64,000 nt of DNA from Halobacteriovoraceae bacterium (GTDB lineage: Bacteria; Bdellovibrionota; Bacteriovoracia; Bacteriovoracales; Bacteriovoracaceae). Of the stretch, positions 30,703-41,003 are shown one piece after another; positions within the stretch are counted from its first letter, which is position 1; every line of letters starts with the position of its first letter. The notes beneath the pieces are model-generated. The model saw nothing but the letters and a program-made list of their open reading frames with translations, did no database searches and was not told where the DNA came from. The DNA lies in the NCBI GenBank assembly GCA_963719505.1, contig CAVRCF010000001.1:1-64000 (forward strand), written 5' to 3'. The position numbers were made by a program, and so were the translations under genes.

Positions 30703-31566
30703 TTATAAATTCGACATTAATTCTTTGAGAAGAGCTTGAGACTTTTTGTCTAAATTAAGCTCTTTTGATTTTGCCTTCATCGCTTTGAGAAGGTCAATTG
30801 CTGTTGGTTCAGCAGCTTTTTTCTTAACAGTGGTTTTTCTTTTTGCTTTAACAACTCCACCGCCAGTATTGATCGCTCTTTTTAATTGAAGACGTTTTGT
30901 TAGTGATCCTTCAATCATTCTTGCTTTCAATTGGTTTTTTAAATCTCCAGGCTCAAGTGCGCCCCATTCAAGGAGAACATACTTTTCAGTATTGTGAACC
31001 TTAGCCGCTTCCTTAACACTTTTTGGAAGTCTCGCAATAAGAAGACATCTATGAACCTCTGACTTAGAAATTCCAAGAGCCGCTTGAATTTTTCTCTCAC
31101 TAGCACCCGTTAATTTCTTATAACCATAAATAGAATCGGCTTGATCAATATAGTGAAGTTGTTCACGGGCAGAGTTCTCTGAAAACTGAATGGCCATAAG
31201 TTCTTCATCAGTCTTATCTTCTAAGATAAAACAAGGAGCAACCTTCATGTCTTCAATTGTTCCCATCGCTCTAAAACGACGCTCACCACAGATAAGAACA
31301 AACTTGTTTCCTTCTCTGTGAACAACCAGTGGTTGAATCAATCCATTTTCTTGAATGTTTAAAGCTAACTCACGAATTGAATCATTATTAAACTTTGTTC
31401 TCACCTGAGATCTAACAACAATTTTTGATAGATCTAAGTCATCTAATCTTGCACCTTTCAATAGTTTTTCATCATTGAGACGAAAAATTGAATCATCCAG
31501 GTGACTTGCTATATCTTTTTTTACACGGTCTTTCTTCGATACTCTCGATGCAAACTTCTTAGCCAT
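30703..31566 (-). CDS. parB: ParB/Spo0J-family protein
   Basis: QVRTKF, GLIQPLVV, CGERRFRA, ENSAREQL, HTH; ATG overlaps the parA stop (TAATG). Confidence 0.85.
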   Translation of the reverse strand: MAKKFASRVSKKDRVKKDIASHLDDSIFRLNDEKLLKGARLDDLDLSKIVVRSQVRTKFNNDSIRELALNIQENGLIQPLVVHREGNKFVLICGERRFRAMGTIEDMKVAPCFILEDKTDEELMAIQFSENSAREQLHYIDQADSIYGYKKLTGASERKIQAALGISKSEVHRCLLIARLPKSVKEAAKVHNTEKYVLLEWGALEPGDLKNQLKARMIEGSLTKRLQLKRAINTGGGVVKAKRKTTVKKKAAEPTAIDLLKAMKAKSKELNLDKKSQALLKELMSNL

Positions 31567-32345
31567 TACATTAACCCCAACGAATCCCATAGTTTCTTAT
31601 AATCTTTCTTCCCCTTAGACTTTCTGTTCATCATAAAAACAGGTTTTCTAAGAGAGATAGACTCTTGCATGTCTACGAGGTTTCTCACTGCCGGAGTAAC
31701 ATTAAATTGCTGAGCAAGCTCTTCCATTCTTTGTTTCTCAATATTTCTTCTCGAGTTAACCATTGAAGGAATAATATTAAAATCTAGTTTTGGATTTTCA
31801 CTTTCTTTGATAATTTCAAAAGTATCCATCAACTCTTCAAGACCATCGATTGAATAATCTTGAGCCTGAGTAGGAATCAAAATTCTATCACTTGCGACCA
31901 AGGCCATAATGAGTTCATCACCAAGCATTGGAGGAGTATCAATCACGATATAGTCATAGCGATCAGATATTTCTTCAATACGAAGTTTTAAAAGTCTCTC
32001 TTTTCTTCCTGCCGTTTTTCTCACTTCTGCTTCTGAGAGAATCAGAAGTTTTGCAAGGTTTGCAAGGTGTCTACTTGAGGCAATAACATCTAAGTTTTTA
32101 TGAAATTCATGCTTACCTTCACTTGGAGCGATAACATCATCTGGTCCGATATCACCGATAAGCCATTCCGGTATAAGTGTTCTTCTCACGTCAACGCCTA
32201 GAGTCGAACTCAAATTGGCTTGTGAATCAAGGTCAATAACTAAAACCTTGTTTCCTTCATTTGCGAGGTGTGTTGAAAGCTGATAAGCCTGCATCGTTTT
32301 ACCAACGCCGCCCTTATTGTTTGCAATTGTAATTACTTTTGCCAT
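31566..32345 (-). CDS. parA: ParA/Soj-family ATPase
   Basis: NNKGGVGKT, IDLDSQANLS, IDTPP. Confidence 0.9.
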   Translation of the reverse strand: MAKVITIANNKGGVGKTMQAYQLSTHLANEGNKVLVIDLDSQANLSSTLGVDVRRTLIPEWLIGDIGPDDVIAPSEGKHEFHKNLDVIASSRHLANLAKLLILSEAEVRKTAGRKERLLKLRIEEISDRYDYIVIDTPPMLGDELIMALVASDRILIPTQAQDYSIDGLEELMDTFEIIKESENPKLDFNIIPSMVNSRRNIEKQRMEELAQQFNVTPAVRNLVDMQESISLRKPVFMMNRKSKGKKDYKKLWDSLGLM

Positions 32346-32507
32346 GCGAACTCCCTTTCCGACAAAAAAAATCTTATATAGAAAATTGTAGGGGCATTAT
32401 CACACTCCGTCAAAAAAAAATCTAAATAAAATTGGGGGGTTTGCGCAGCACTAAGACTTGAAAGCTTGCAGCATTTATGTTTAAAAGAAACTCTCAAAGG
32501 AACGATT

Positions 32508-33611
32508 ATGATTAACTTTTATGAAGAGCAAGTCCCCCATAAGCCAGCAATTACCGAATCGGAATTGTCGGATGAACAAGTTATGGTTGAATTAAAAAAA
32601 ATTAGAGAAGAGCTCGGTGAAAAGGTAGTGGTCCTAGGACATCACTATCAACAAGACGATGTGATCTCACTTGCTGATAAAACGGGTGACTCCCTTCAAC
32701 TTGCAAAAGATGCTGCGGCTTTAGAAGCTGAATATATTATTTTTTGTGGCGTTCATTTCATGGCCGAAACTGCAGACATGCTCACAGCTCCTCATCAAAA
32801 AGTTATTCTCCCTGATATGAATGCTGGATGTTCAATGGCCGATATGGCCAATAGAATTGAAATAGATAGATGTTGGAAGTATCTGCAAGAAAGTACCAAA
32901 CAGACCATTATCCCTATCACCTATATAAACTGTGCCGCTCTTTTAAAAGATTTTGTCGGTGCTAATGAAGGTGCAATTTGTACCTCTAGTAATGCAAAGA
33001 AAGTTATTCAGTGGGCGTTGAAAAAAGGTGAGAAACTTCTGTTTTTTCCAGACCAACACCTAGGGAGAAATACCTGTTTTGAATTAGGGATCAAGCTCGA
33101 CCAGATGGTCGTTTACAACCCAAACCTTCAAAACGGTGGGTTAACGGCAAAGCAGATTGATGAGGCCAAAGTCATTCTGTGGTATGGGTACTGTTCTGTG
33201 CACCAGGGATTTACTGCGGAACAAGTAAAAGCCATTAAAAAAGATTCTCCAGAGACCACTGTCATCGTCCACCCTGAGTGTAATTTTGAAACCGTTCAAG
33301 CCTCTGACGATAATGGTTCAACCGCTTATATCATTGAAACAATTAAAGCTGCGAAGCCTGGAACAAAGTGGGCCGTGGGAACAGAGATTAACCTGGTCAA
33401 TAGACTGGCCCAGTGGTTTCCAGATAAGGAAATTATTTCTTTATCGCCTTACCAATGTCTTTGCACGACAATGTATCGAGTAAGACCGCGTTGGCTCCTT
33501 GAATCATTTAGATCCATAAAAAGAGGCGAACCAATAAACGTTATAACAGTGCCTGAAAGTGTTAAAAATAACTCTTTAAAAGCTTTGGATAGAATGCTAA
33601 AAATTTCATAA
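32508..33611 (+). CDS. nadA: Quinolinate synthase
   Basis: LGHHYQ, GDSLQL, CGVHFMAE, AGCSMA, CTSSNA, PDQHLGRN, CSVH, HPEC. Confidence 0.95.
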   Translation: MINFYEEQVPHKPAITESELSDEQVMVELKKIREELGEKVVVLGHHYQQDDVISLADKTGDSLQLAKDAAALEAEYIIFCGVHFMAETADMLTAPHQKVILPDMNAGCSMADMANRIEIDRCWKYLQESTKQTIIPITYINCAALLKDFVGANEGAICTSSNAKKVIQWALKKGEKLLFFPDQHLGRNTCFELGIKLDQMVVYNPNLQNGGLTAKQIDEAKVILWYGYCSVHQGFTAEQVKAIKKDSPETTVIVHPECNFETVQASDDNGSTAYIIETIKAAKPGTKWAVGTEINLVNRLAQWFPDKEIISLSPYQCLCTTMYRVRPRWLLESFRSIKRGEPINVITVPESVKNNSLKALDRMLKIS

Positions 33612-33622
33612 GGAAATTATTT

Positions 33623-34783
33623 ATGATTTATGCTGATAATAATGGCTCTTGCCCATTACATCCAAAAGTAATTGAATATTTAAAAACGCGACTGGAAACA
33701 GGTCCTTACGCCAATCCCAATTCTATTCACAGCCTCGGTAGAAAAATGAACTTTGGTTTAGAAAAATGTCGAATGGTTTGTGCAAAGATTCTTGGGGCAA
33801 AGTCCAATCAAGTAACATTTAACTCCGGTGCCAGTGAGGGTGTCTCTCACGTTTTTCATTCAGTGCTTGCCGATAGATCAGACGGAAAAAATATAATTAT
33901 CACTTCAGGCCTTGAGCACGCAGTCGTTGTAAACGCGGCCAAATACTATGCCGAGCACAGAGGCTTTCAGGTTGTCACTGTTGGAGTCAGCCAAGACGGT
34001 ATTATTGATCTTGCTCACCTGGAAGAACTTTTAGGAAAACACAAAAACAAAGTCGCACTTGTGGCATTGATGGCCGCGAATAATGAGACGGGTGTCATTC
34101 AACCTTATAAAGAAATTGGAAAATTAGTTCTAGACCACGATTCAGAATATCTGTGTGACACGACTCAGTTTATTGGTAAAGCTCCTTTTAGTTTTTCTGA
34201 AAGTCATATTGATTACGCCGTTGTCAGTGGCCATAAAGTTGGAGCTATTATTGGTTCAGGGCTTCTCCTGGCCAAGAACCCTCACAACATGAAACCGATG
34301 GTTTTTGGTGGTGCTGTTCAAGAGTATGGAATTCGCGGGGGAACTCAAAACTATATCGGAGCAGAGACATTAGCCGTGGCCCTTGAAGTTTTTCAAAGCA
34401 ATATTGCTGACCTTGAAAGGGTAAGTCTCTTAAGAGAAGAATTTGAAAAAAATATAAAAGCTAAATTTCCTGACGTCGTCGTCATTGGGGATAAAGTGGA
34501 AAGACTTGCTTCAACAACATTAATCTCTAATCCAGGCATCCATGGGCAAGCTGTCCAGATCGAACTTGAATCCAATGAAATTTTTGTCACGACTTCATCA
34601 GCTTGTTCAGATAATGAGCCTGTCACATCAAAAGTCTTAAAGTCTATGGCCATCGATGATAAGGTAGGACGTGGAATTGTACGAATAAGCTTTTGTATGG
34701 GAGTCTCTCAGAAAGCTTATAACGAAGTAGAGGATGCACTTACTAATGCTTACAAGAAACTTGCCAAAATTCATAGTTACTAG
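33623..34783 (+). CDS. Cysteine desulfurase (IscS/NifS family)
   Basis: ANPNSIH, NSGASE, ANNETG, SGHK (PLP Lys), SSACS catalytic Cys. Confidence 0.9.
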   Translation: MIYADNNGSCPLHPKVIEYLKTRLETGPYANPNSIHSLGRKMNFGLEKCRMVCAKILGAKSNQVTFNSGASEGVSHVFHSVLADRSDGKNIIITSGLEHAVVVNAAKYYAEHRGFQVVTVGVSQDGIIDLAHLEELLGKHKNKVALVALMAANNETGVIQPYKEIGKLVLDHDSEYLCDTTQFIGKAPFSFSESHIDYAVVSGHKVGAIIGSGLLLAKNPHNMKPMVFGGAVQEYGIRGGTQNYIGAETLAVALEVFQSNIADLERVSLLREEFEKNIKAKFPDVVVIGDKVERLASTTLISNPGIHGQAVQIELESNEIFVTTSSACSDNEPVTSKVLKSMAIDDKVGRGIVRISFCMGVSQKAYNEVEDALTNAYKKLAKIHSY

Positions 34784-35897
34784 TTTTTCTTTTCTTCTGA
34801 TTGCCTGTTCTTCAACACGAACCCTTATGCATGAAAATGAAACGCAAAGTGGTCACAATAAACTTTACTCCTATCCAGAAAAATTTCCGATGCAATCATT
34901 AACCTCTTCACAGCAGCGAATAATTTTTGCCTCTATTAATGATTTACAAGCCAAACTAAATCCCAAACTTGAAAAGGGAATCAAAGTCGGCGGGAAGGAC
35001 TTATTAAAAAGATACTTAGAGATTTTAAAGGAACAGTACCCCAATGAAGTTATGGTTGTTGATGCTGGAAACTTCACTCATCCAAGCCTTGACCCAGCAC
35101 AAGTCATAGACTTCTATAATAGCATTGATCTCGATGTCGCGGGACTTGGCTACAATGAACTCAACCTCGACCACAGAAAACTAAAGTACCCCTTCATTCT
35201 CACCGGCTCTCTTAGTAAAGCTAAGTTTAAAGCCCTTAATGCTAATCTCTACGATCTAGAGGCATCCAAAAGAACGAACTGGAGACATACAAATAACACG
35301 GCCATTTTCAAACAAGGAAAACTCAAGATTGGTTTTACTAGCGTGATTGGACGAGAGAAAGCTTTAGGATTCACCGATAAAATGAATGGATTTTACGCTA
35401 AAGATATTGCACAGACTATCGTCTCTGAAGCCACTTGGTTAGACAAAAAAGGAGCTGATCTGATTGTAGTCCTTGCTCACACAGATGGAACTTGTGATAA
35501 GAATAAGACTCTTCCCAAAGGAAAATACAACTTTGATCCCAGTGATGACTCAAGTTGTGATAAAGACTCTGAAATATTTAAGGCTTATAAGCTTATTCCA
35601 AAAAACCTTGTCGACATCGTGTTTTTATCAGGATCTGAGTCAAAAGTTGCCAACGCGATCGATGATATAGCAACAGTCCAAAATTTTGGAGATGGTGAGT
35701 ATATCTCTGTTACGGAAGTCATTTTTGATCGAGAATCTAAAAAGCTTGAAGGTATTTACCTCCATCAACCAGTAAGACTTTGTGAAAGCTTTCTCAAAGA
35801 CAACCAAGACTGTTTTGTTGAAAATGGTGATAACTTAGAAATTGTTCCGGCAAAATTTTTAAATAGTAATATTATTCACAATAAAGAGTCCCATTAA
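34734..35897 (+). CDS. 5'-nucleotidase-like metallophosphoesterase lipoprotein (degenerate motifs)
   Basis: Lipobox LIAC; INDLQ, VDAGN, LGYNE, VVLAH correspond to NDxH, DAGD, GNHE, LxH motifs. Start uncertain. Confidence 0.65.
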   Translation: MHLLMLTRNLPKFIVTSFSFLLIACSSTRTLMHENETQSGHNKLYSYPEKFPMQSLTSSQQRIIFASINDLQAKLNPKLEKGIKVGGKDLLKRYLEILKEQYPNEVMVVDAGNFTHPSLDPAQVIDFYNSIDLDVAGLGYNELNLDHRKLKYPFILTGSLSKAKFKALNANLYDLEASKRTNWRHTNNTAIFKQGKLKIGFTSVIGREKALGFTDKMNGFYAKDIAQTIVSEATWLDKKGADLIVVLAHTDGTCDKNKTLPKGKYNFDPSDDSSCDKDSEIFKAYKLIPKNLVDIVFLSGSESKVANAIDDIATVQNFGDGEYISVTEVIFDRESKKLEGIYLHQPVRLCESFLKDNQDCFVENGDNLEIVPAKFLNSNIIHNKESH

Positions 35898-36690
35898 GAC
35901 AGATAACCCGCAATCCTTCTTGGCAAAAACCAACGGGGCTATCATTAACGCAATAAAACCCCATATCCATGCCACTTGTTTCAACGCCCCTGATACAGGC
36001 GACTTCATTTTTTTCTCCGCAGCGATCGATACCGCATATTCTGGAGTAGCCTTGGGAACATTTAGAGTTCACTAAAAAGTAGCTTGCCCCTTCACAACTT
36101 GAGCATCGATCAAAGGTGACTGAGCAATCATCTTCCACTTTTTTACAAATATCTCCCTCTTTGAGAAGAACTGTTTTGGCTTTGGTTAAAATCGGTGCAG
36201 CAAATTCAATAGAGATATCACTTGAAGATTTTAAAACTGTTCGTATTGTGGGCTTTGGAATATTTAAAAGGTCATACTGGATATTTTCCTCATCCATTCG
36301 AAGCATTAAAGATTGACCTTCAAGTTTAATTCCAAAATTATGAATTGAGCTTTTTACTGCATAGGGCTTTTTTAAAAAGAGCTCATTACAATCTAGGTTT
36401 TGAGGGTTTTCAACAATAGAGACCGCTCCATCATTAAGAGTAGAAACCCTATAAAAAAGGCAATCACTTATACCCTTAAAATCACTTTGATAGTAGTGGA
36501 TCCTCAGCAATGGTTGAATCGTTCCTTTTGGTTCTTGAATATCTGAGAGGCTTTCATAGTTTTCGTTTATTTTTTCGACTTTATAGGCCGCAAACCACCT
36601 TTTATTGGTCTTGGCATAAAAAAAATCTTTTTTCACTTCTTGGCATGAAACGAGTAAAAAACAAATAAAGCTTAGTAAGTAAGCATACAT
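35872..36690 (-). CDS. Hypothetical lipoprotein with Cys-rich C-terminus
   Basis: Lipobox LVSC; many Cys in the last 90 aa. Confidence 0.7.
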   Translation of the reverse strand: MYAYLLSFICFLLVSCQEVKKDFFYAKTNKRWFAAYKVEKINENYESLSDIQEPKGTIQPLLRIHYYQSDFKGISDCLFYRVSTLNDGAVSIVENPQNLDCNELFLKKPYAVKSSIHNFGIKLEGQSLMLRMDEENIQYDLLNIPKPTIRTVLKSSSDISIEFAAPILTKAKTVLLKEGDICKKVEDDCSVTFDRCSSCEGASYFLVNSKCSQGYSRICGIDRCGEKNEVACIRGVETSGMDMGFYCVNDSPVGFCQEGLRVICLNGTLYCE

Positions 36691-37706
36691 CGGAATGCCC
36701 CCTTTACCTCTTCTTTCGTTTTAGAGTTTACTCTTAAACCAATTTGATGAACCGGTGAACTCCAAGGATGAAAAAAACTCGACTCGCTTAAGTTTTGATC
36801 CGGATTAAACTTATTCACAACAATTTCGGGATAATTTCCAAGAACATTGTGCAGCCCCATCCATGATACGGCCATTGGCTCTTGGTAAATATATGGCTTT
36901 ACAGATTCACAGTCTTTTGAATAGAGATTTCCACAATCAGTATTTGATAATTTTTCAACATTGATTTTATCTCTTTTGGAAAAGTGATAGCGATGTTTAA
37001 AAAAGTAGGAATCATTTGAGGGAAAAAAACTTGCCGCATCAAGATAGCGTGCCTGTAAAAGCTGTCGACCAATACTACTACAGTACCTCTCTTTCTCTTT
37101 AAGCGTGAGATTGGTGCTTGGAGCATACAGAGGTTCATCAATATTTTGATTCCAATAAGACACATCGAGATTTGTTCGATAATTTTTGTCGATATAAACA
37201 GATTGATTGATATTATCCCAAAGATTATCCACACCCTTAGGCCCTTGTGAATACTTATTTGATGGCAGATAGGTATCCTTACAGGTATCAAGCAGTCTTA
37301 AGCTAAAATTGAGCTTTCCAACTGCGTAAGTGATAATCGGATTTTGTTTTTTATCTAAATAAAAATCCACTCTTTTATATTTTTTCTTACCTATCTCAAC
37401 TGTTCCCACCGAATTGGTCAAACAGTCGATATAAACTGGATTGCAGTGGAGAAAGTCTGGGTGATAAAGTGAGTTTCTTAAGCTGATCTTGTCACATTTA
37501 AAGCTTGTGAGTGGGAAACTTTCTGAACTACCGCTAAGCCAGGCTTTATTGAGTTGTTCACTCAAGTCCTTGACCTCACTAATGTAGTTAATATTCTCTT
37601 CCTCAGCTCCTCGAACCCGAGTAAAATAGTATGCCAAAAGGGCAATTACTATTAGGAGGATAATCCCCCAAGACTTTGATATAATAGAAAAAAGATATTT
37701 AAGCAT
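36672..37706 (-). CDS. Membrane-anchored protein with formylglycine-generating-enzyme (SUMF1)-like domain
   Basis: N-terminal TM; GLHNVLGNYPE and GAFRC resemble GLxDMxGNVxE and GFRC. Confidence 0.55.
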   Translation of the reverse strand: MLKYLFSIISKSWGIILLIVIALLAYYFTRVRGAEEENINYISEVKDLSEQLNKAWLSGSSESFPLTSFKCDKISLRNSLYHPDFLHCNPVYIDCLTNSVGTVEIGKKKYKRVDFYLDKKQNPIITYAVGKLNFSLRLLDTCKDTYLPSNKYSQGPKGVDNLWDNINQSVYIDKNYRTNLDVSYWNQNIDEPLYAPSTNLTLKEKERYCSSIGRQLLQARYLDAASFFPSNDSYFFKHRYHFSKRDKINVEKLSNTDCGNLYSKDCESVKPYIYQEPMAVSWMGLHNVLGNYPEIVVNKFNPDQNLSESSFFHPWSSPVHQIGLRVNSKTKEEVKGAFRCMLTY

Positions 37707-37722
37707 ACTTAAGGAATTTTAT

Positions 37723-39933
37723 ATGGATTGGTTAGGAGAAGTAAACAACGAAAAAGAAACGAGTTCTCAGATATACTCTTTCAATGAGTATATGGACGTC
37801 TTTGAGAAGAATACCAAAAGAGAACTTCGAACGACTGCCCATTATCTAAAAGATATGTTCGACTTCTATGGAAAAGATGAGCACGGTGATTTCAAACTCT
37901 TTAAACGCTCTCATCCAGGGGCTCCTCAAGTTGCAGGGCAATTTAGAACTCAAGAAAAAATTTACGATAACCTCATTAATTTTACTGAAGAGGGCTTCAA
38001 TAATAAATTTATTCTTCTCGTTGGACCCAATGGTTCATCTAAATCATCTCTCATAAAAAAAATTATGAAAACAATGGAGGATTACTCAAAGCTAGAAGAG
38101 GGTGCGCTTTTCACTTTTAGTTGGGTCTTTCCCATTGATAAACATACTAAAGGCAGTCTTGGTCTAAGTTCAAGACAGATTGAAAAGCATATGAGTAGTT
38201 TTGCTCACCTAGAAGATAATGATATATCGGCCATCTTAACCAGTGAGCTTAAAGATCATCCCTTTTTAATTTTACCCCTTAAAACGCGACAAAAAATGAT
38301 TGAGGAGGCTTTAGCAGACGAGCCAGATCTCTTAGAATCAGTGAAGGCCAGTCACCTCTATCATGGTGATCTCTCAAAAAGAAACAGGCTTATTTTTGAT
38401 GCTCTTTTAAAAAATTATCACAATAACTATGAAGAAGTTTTTAAACATATTAGAGTTGAGCAGTTTAACATCGATAAGCGCTACTCTATTGGAGCGTCAA
38501 CTATAGAACCTCAACTTCATGTGGATGCAAGGCTTCAACAAATTACAATGGATAAAAGACTTGCGTCACTTCCACCAAGTCTTCAATCGTTAAATCTCTT
38601 CAACCTCGATGGTGAAGTTATTTTGGCCAATAGAGGAATCTTAGAATTTTCAGACCTTCTGAAAAGACCCCTAGATACTTTTAAATACCTTCTTATGACT
38701 ATGGAGACTAAAACCATTAACCTTCAAGGTATTCTCACAGAATTAGATATTTTCTTTATGGGAAGCTCCAATGAAGTTCACTTCGAAGCTTTTAAACAGC
38801 ATCCTGATTTTAAATCCTTTAAAGGCAGATTTAGCTTTTTAAAAGTTCCCTACCTTCTCGACTTTAGAGAAGAACAAATTATCTATGAAGATCAAGTACT
38901 CAATGTAAAAGAGAAGTCTGTCTTTGAACCTCACGCCCTGGAAGCTCTTTGCTTATGGTCTGTTATGACAAGGATGAGACACCCTCAAGGAAAAAACTAC
39001 CGAGACACAAAGCTTTCAGAAATTGCTGAAAAGCTCACTCCAATAGAGAAAGCTCTTCTTATATCTGAAGATAAAATGCCAGACTATCTCAACCAAGAAG
39101 AGAGACAGATTTTAAAGCTTGGTAAGCGTGACATCATGTTTGAATTTGAAAACGATCAAATGTATGAAGGGAAATTTGGAATCTCTCCTAGAGAGATTAA
39201 GCAAATCATTTATGAGCTATCAAACCAAGAAGAGGTTGTAACCTTTATCGAGGTTTTAGACTATCTCAAAGAGATCTCTGAGATAAAAGCTGAATATGAC
39301 TTTCTCAATATTGGGGCCCAGGGCGACTATCACAATCCTAAAAAGTTTCACTATCAAGTTGAGCAGTACTGTTTAGGTCTTTTTGACAACAAGCTTCGTG
39401 ACTCTTTAGGACTTGTTGATAATAGATCATACGAAGACTATATTCAAAAATACGTTGCTCATATCAATGCTATTATTAAAAATGAGAAAATTAAAAACAA
39501 TGTCACCGGAAAGTACGAAGATCCGGATATGTATTATATCAAAGAGTTTGAGACGAATATTCACCTCAAAGAAAATGCTGATAATTTTCGCTCTCATATT
39601 TTAAGTAAACTTGGTGCCTACTCTTTAGACAATCCAGGAAAGAAAATTATCTACACTGAGGTTCTCGACAATATTACAAAGCTTCTAAAAGAAACTTTCA
39701 GAAACGAGCAAAAAAAGATTATCGACTCTGTCGGTAAGAATCTCGTTTTCTATATGGAAGAGCTGGATAATAAAAAGAACAATAGAACAACTTCATCTGG
39801 CTTAAAAACAGAAGCCAGAACTCAAATTGTTACCATCATGGACCATCTTATCAATAGTCACGGCTATAGCGAGAAGGGTGCCATTAGTTGTTTAAAGTTT
39901 CTCTTGAAAAAAAGATATGACTCCGCTCAGTAA
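37723..39933 (+). CDS. prkA: PrkA-family serine protein kinase / AAA+ protein
   Basis: LVGPNGSSKS, ANRGILEFSDLLKRP, GSSNE, VPYLL, GISPRE. Confidence 0.88.
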   Translation: MDWLGEVNNEKETSSQIYSFNEYMDVFEKNTKRELRTTAHYLKDMFDFYGKDEHGDFKLFKRSHPGAPQVAGQFRTQEKIYDNLINFTEEGFNNKFILLVGPNGSSKSSLIKKIMKTMEDYSKLEEGALFTFSWVFPIDKHTKGSLGLSSRQIEKHMSSFAHLEDNDISAILTSELKDHPFLILPLKTRQKMIEEALADEPDLLESVKASHLYHGDLSKRNRLIFDALLKNYHNNYEEVFKHIRVEQFNIDKRYSIGASTIEPQLHVDARLQQITMDKRLASLPPSLQSLNLFNLDGEVILANRGILEFSDLLKRPLDTFKYLLMTMETKTINLQGILTELDIFFMGSSNEVHFEAFKQHPDFKSFKGRFSFLKVPYLLDFREEQIIYEDQVLNVKEKSVFEPHALEALCLWSVMTRMRHPQGKNYRDTKLSEIAEKLTPIEKALLISEDKMPDYLNQEERQILKLGKRDIMFEFENDQMYEGKFGISPREIKQIIYELSNQEEVVTFIEVLDYLKEISEIKAEYDFLNIGAQGDYHNPKKFHYQVEQYCLGLFDNKLRDSLGLVDNRSYEDYIQKYVAHINAIIKNEKIKNNVTGKYEDPDMYYIKEFETNIHLKENADNFRSHILSKLGAYSLDNPGKKIIYTEVLDNITKLLKETFRNEQKKIIDSVGKNLVFYMEELDNKKNNRTTSSGLKTEARTQIVTIMDHLINSHGYSEKGAISCLKFLLKKRYDSAQ

Positions 39934-41003
39934 TGGGTGAAATCTATAAGAAATTTTCAACCACACTCTACGAAGCTCGCTATAAAGTTGAAGAAGATCA
40001 AAACGGCATGCGACTGGATCAGTACTGCGGTGACTTCTTAGCATCCTTTTCTAGGCAAGCTATTAAAAGAAAAATTGCAAGAGGTGAGGTTCGAATTATT
40101 GATAGACCTTTTCCCCATAAGCCCAGTGTTAAAGTTTATGAAAACGAGCATATTGTTTTCACCACTCCAAGAGGAGATCTTGAAGATGAGTACTGGCGAG
40201 GGGAAAAGCTAGATCTGGTCTTTGATCCAGAAGTCATATTTGAAGACGAAGATATTATCGTTATTGGAAAACCAGCTTATATGACCACTCACCCCTCAGG
40301 AAAACATCTGTTTAACTGTGCGACTGTCTACTTTGAAGAAAAATATGAACACACCATTCATTCCATCCACAGACTCGACAGAGAAACCAGTGGAGTCTTA
40401 GCTTTGGCCAAAAATCCCAAAGCCGCTGGAAAAGTTACGGCCCTTTTTGAAAAAGACCTCGTCTCTAAATGCTACTTTTTTATCGCTCATAATAATAACA
40501 CCAGTGAGTTTCCCTTTACGGCCAAACAAAGAATGGGTGATCTTTCAGACTTTATTCCTAGGCTCTTTGTTCACTGCTTTGATGAAGACTCAAAACAAGG
40601 CAAGCATGCTGAAACTCATTTTAAAAAGTTATACGCAAATGAAGACTACGTTATCGGTTTAGCTTTTCCAAAAACTGGAAGACAGCATCAAATTCGGGTT
40701 CACGCCGCATTTCACGGTTTCCCCCTCGTTGGCGATAAGCTCTACAACGGTGATCCCACGATCTTTATGCGCTTTAAAGACGAAGTGGCCACCGCTGAAG
40801 ATCACGATAAAATGGATCTCTCTCGCCACGCTTTACACGCCACAGGACTATGCTTTCCCTACAATGGCCAGCGCCAGCTCTTTCGTGCAAGTGTTCCCAA
40901 AGACTTGAGACAATGGATGGAAAAAAATATGAAAGAAGTAAACTTAGAAAAAATAGATTTAGAAATCAGCGCTTTGATCAAAGATTTCTTTCAGATGAAA
41001 TAA
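39933..41003 (+). CDS. RluA-family pseudouridine synthase
   Basis: S4-like RLDQY, HRLDRETSG, TGRQHQIRVH, GDKLY, HALHA. Confidence 0.92.
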   Translation: MGEIYKKFSTTLYEARYKVEEDQNGMRLDQYCGDFLASFSRQAIKRKIARGEVRIIDRPFPHKPSVKVYENEHIVFTTPRGDLEDEYWRGEKLDLVFDPEVIFEDEDIIVIGKPAYMTTHPSGKHLFNCATVYFEEKYEHTIHSIHRLDRETSGVLALAKNPKAAGKVTALFEKDLVSKCYFFIAHNNNTSEFPFTAKQRMGDLSDFIPRLFVHCFDEDSKQGKHAETHFKKLYANEDYVIGLAFPKTGRQHQIRVHAAFHGFPLVGDKLYNGDPTIFMRFKDEVATAEDHDKMDLSRHALHATGLCFPYNGQRQLFRASVPKDLRQWMEKNMKEVNLEKIDLEISALIKDFFQMK

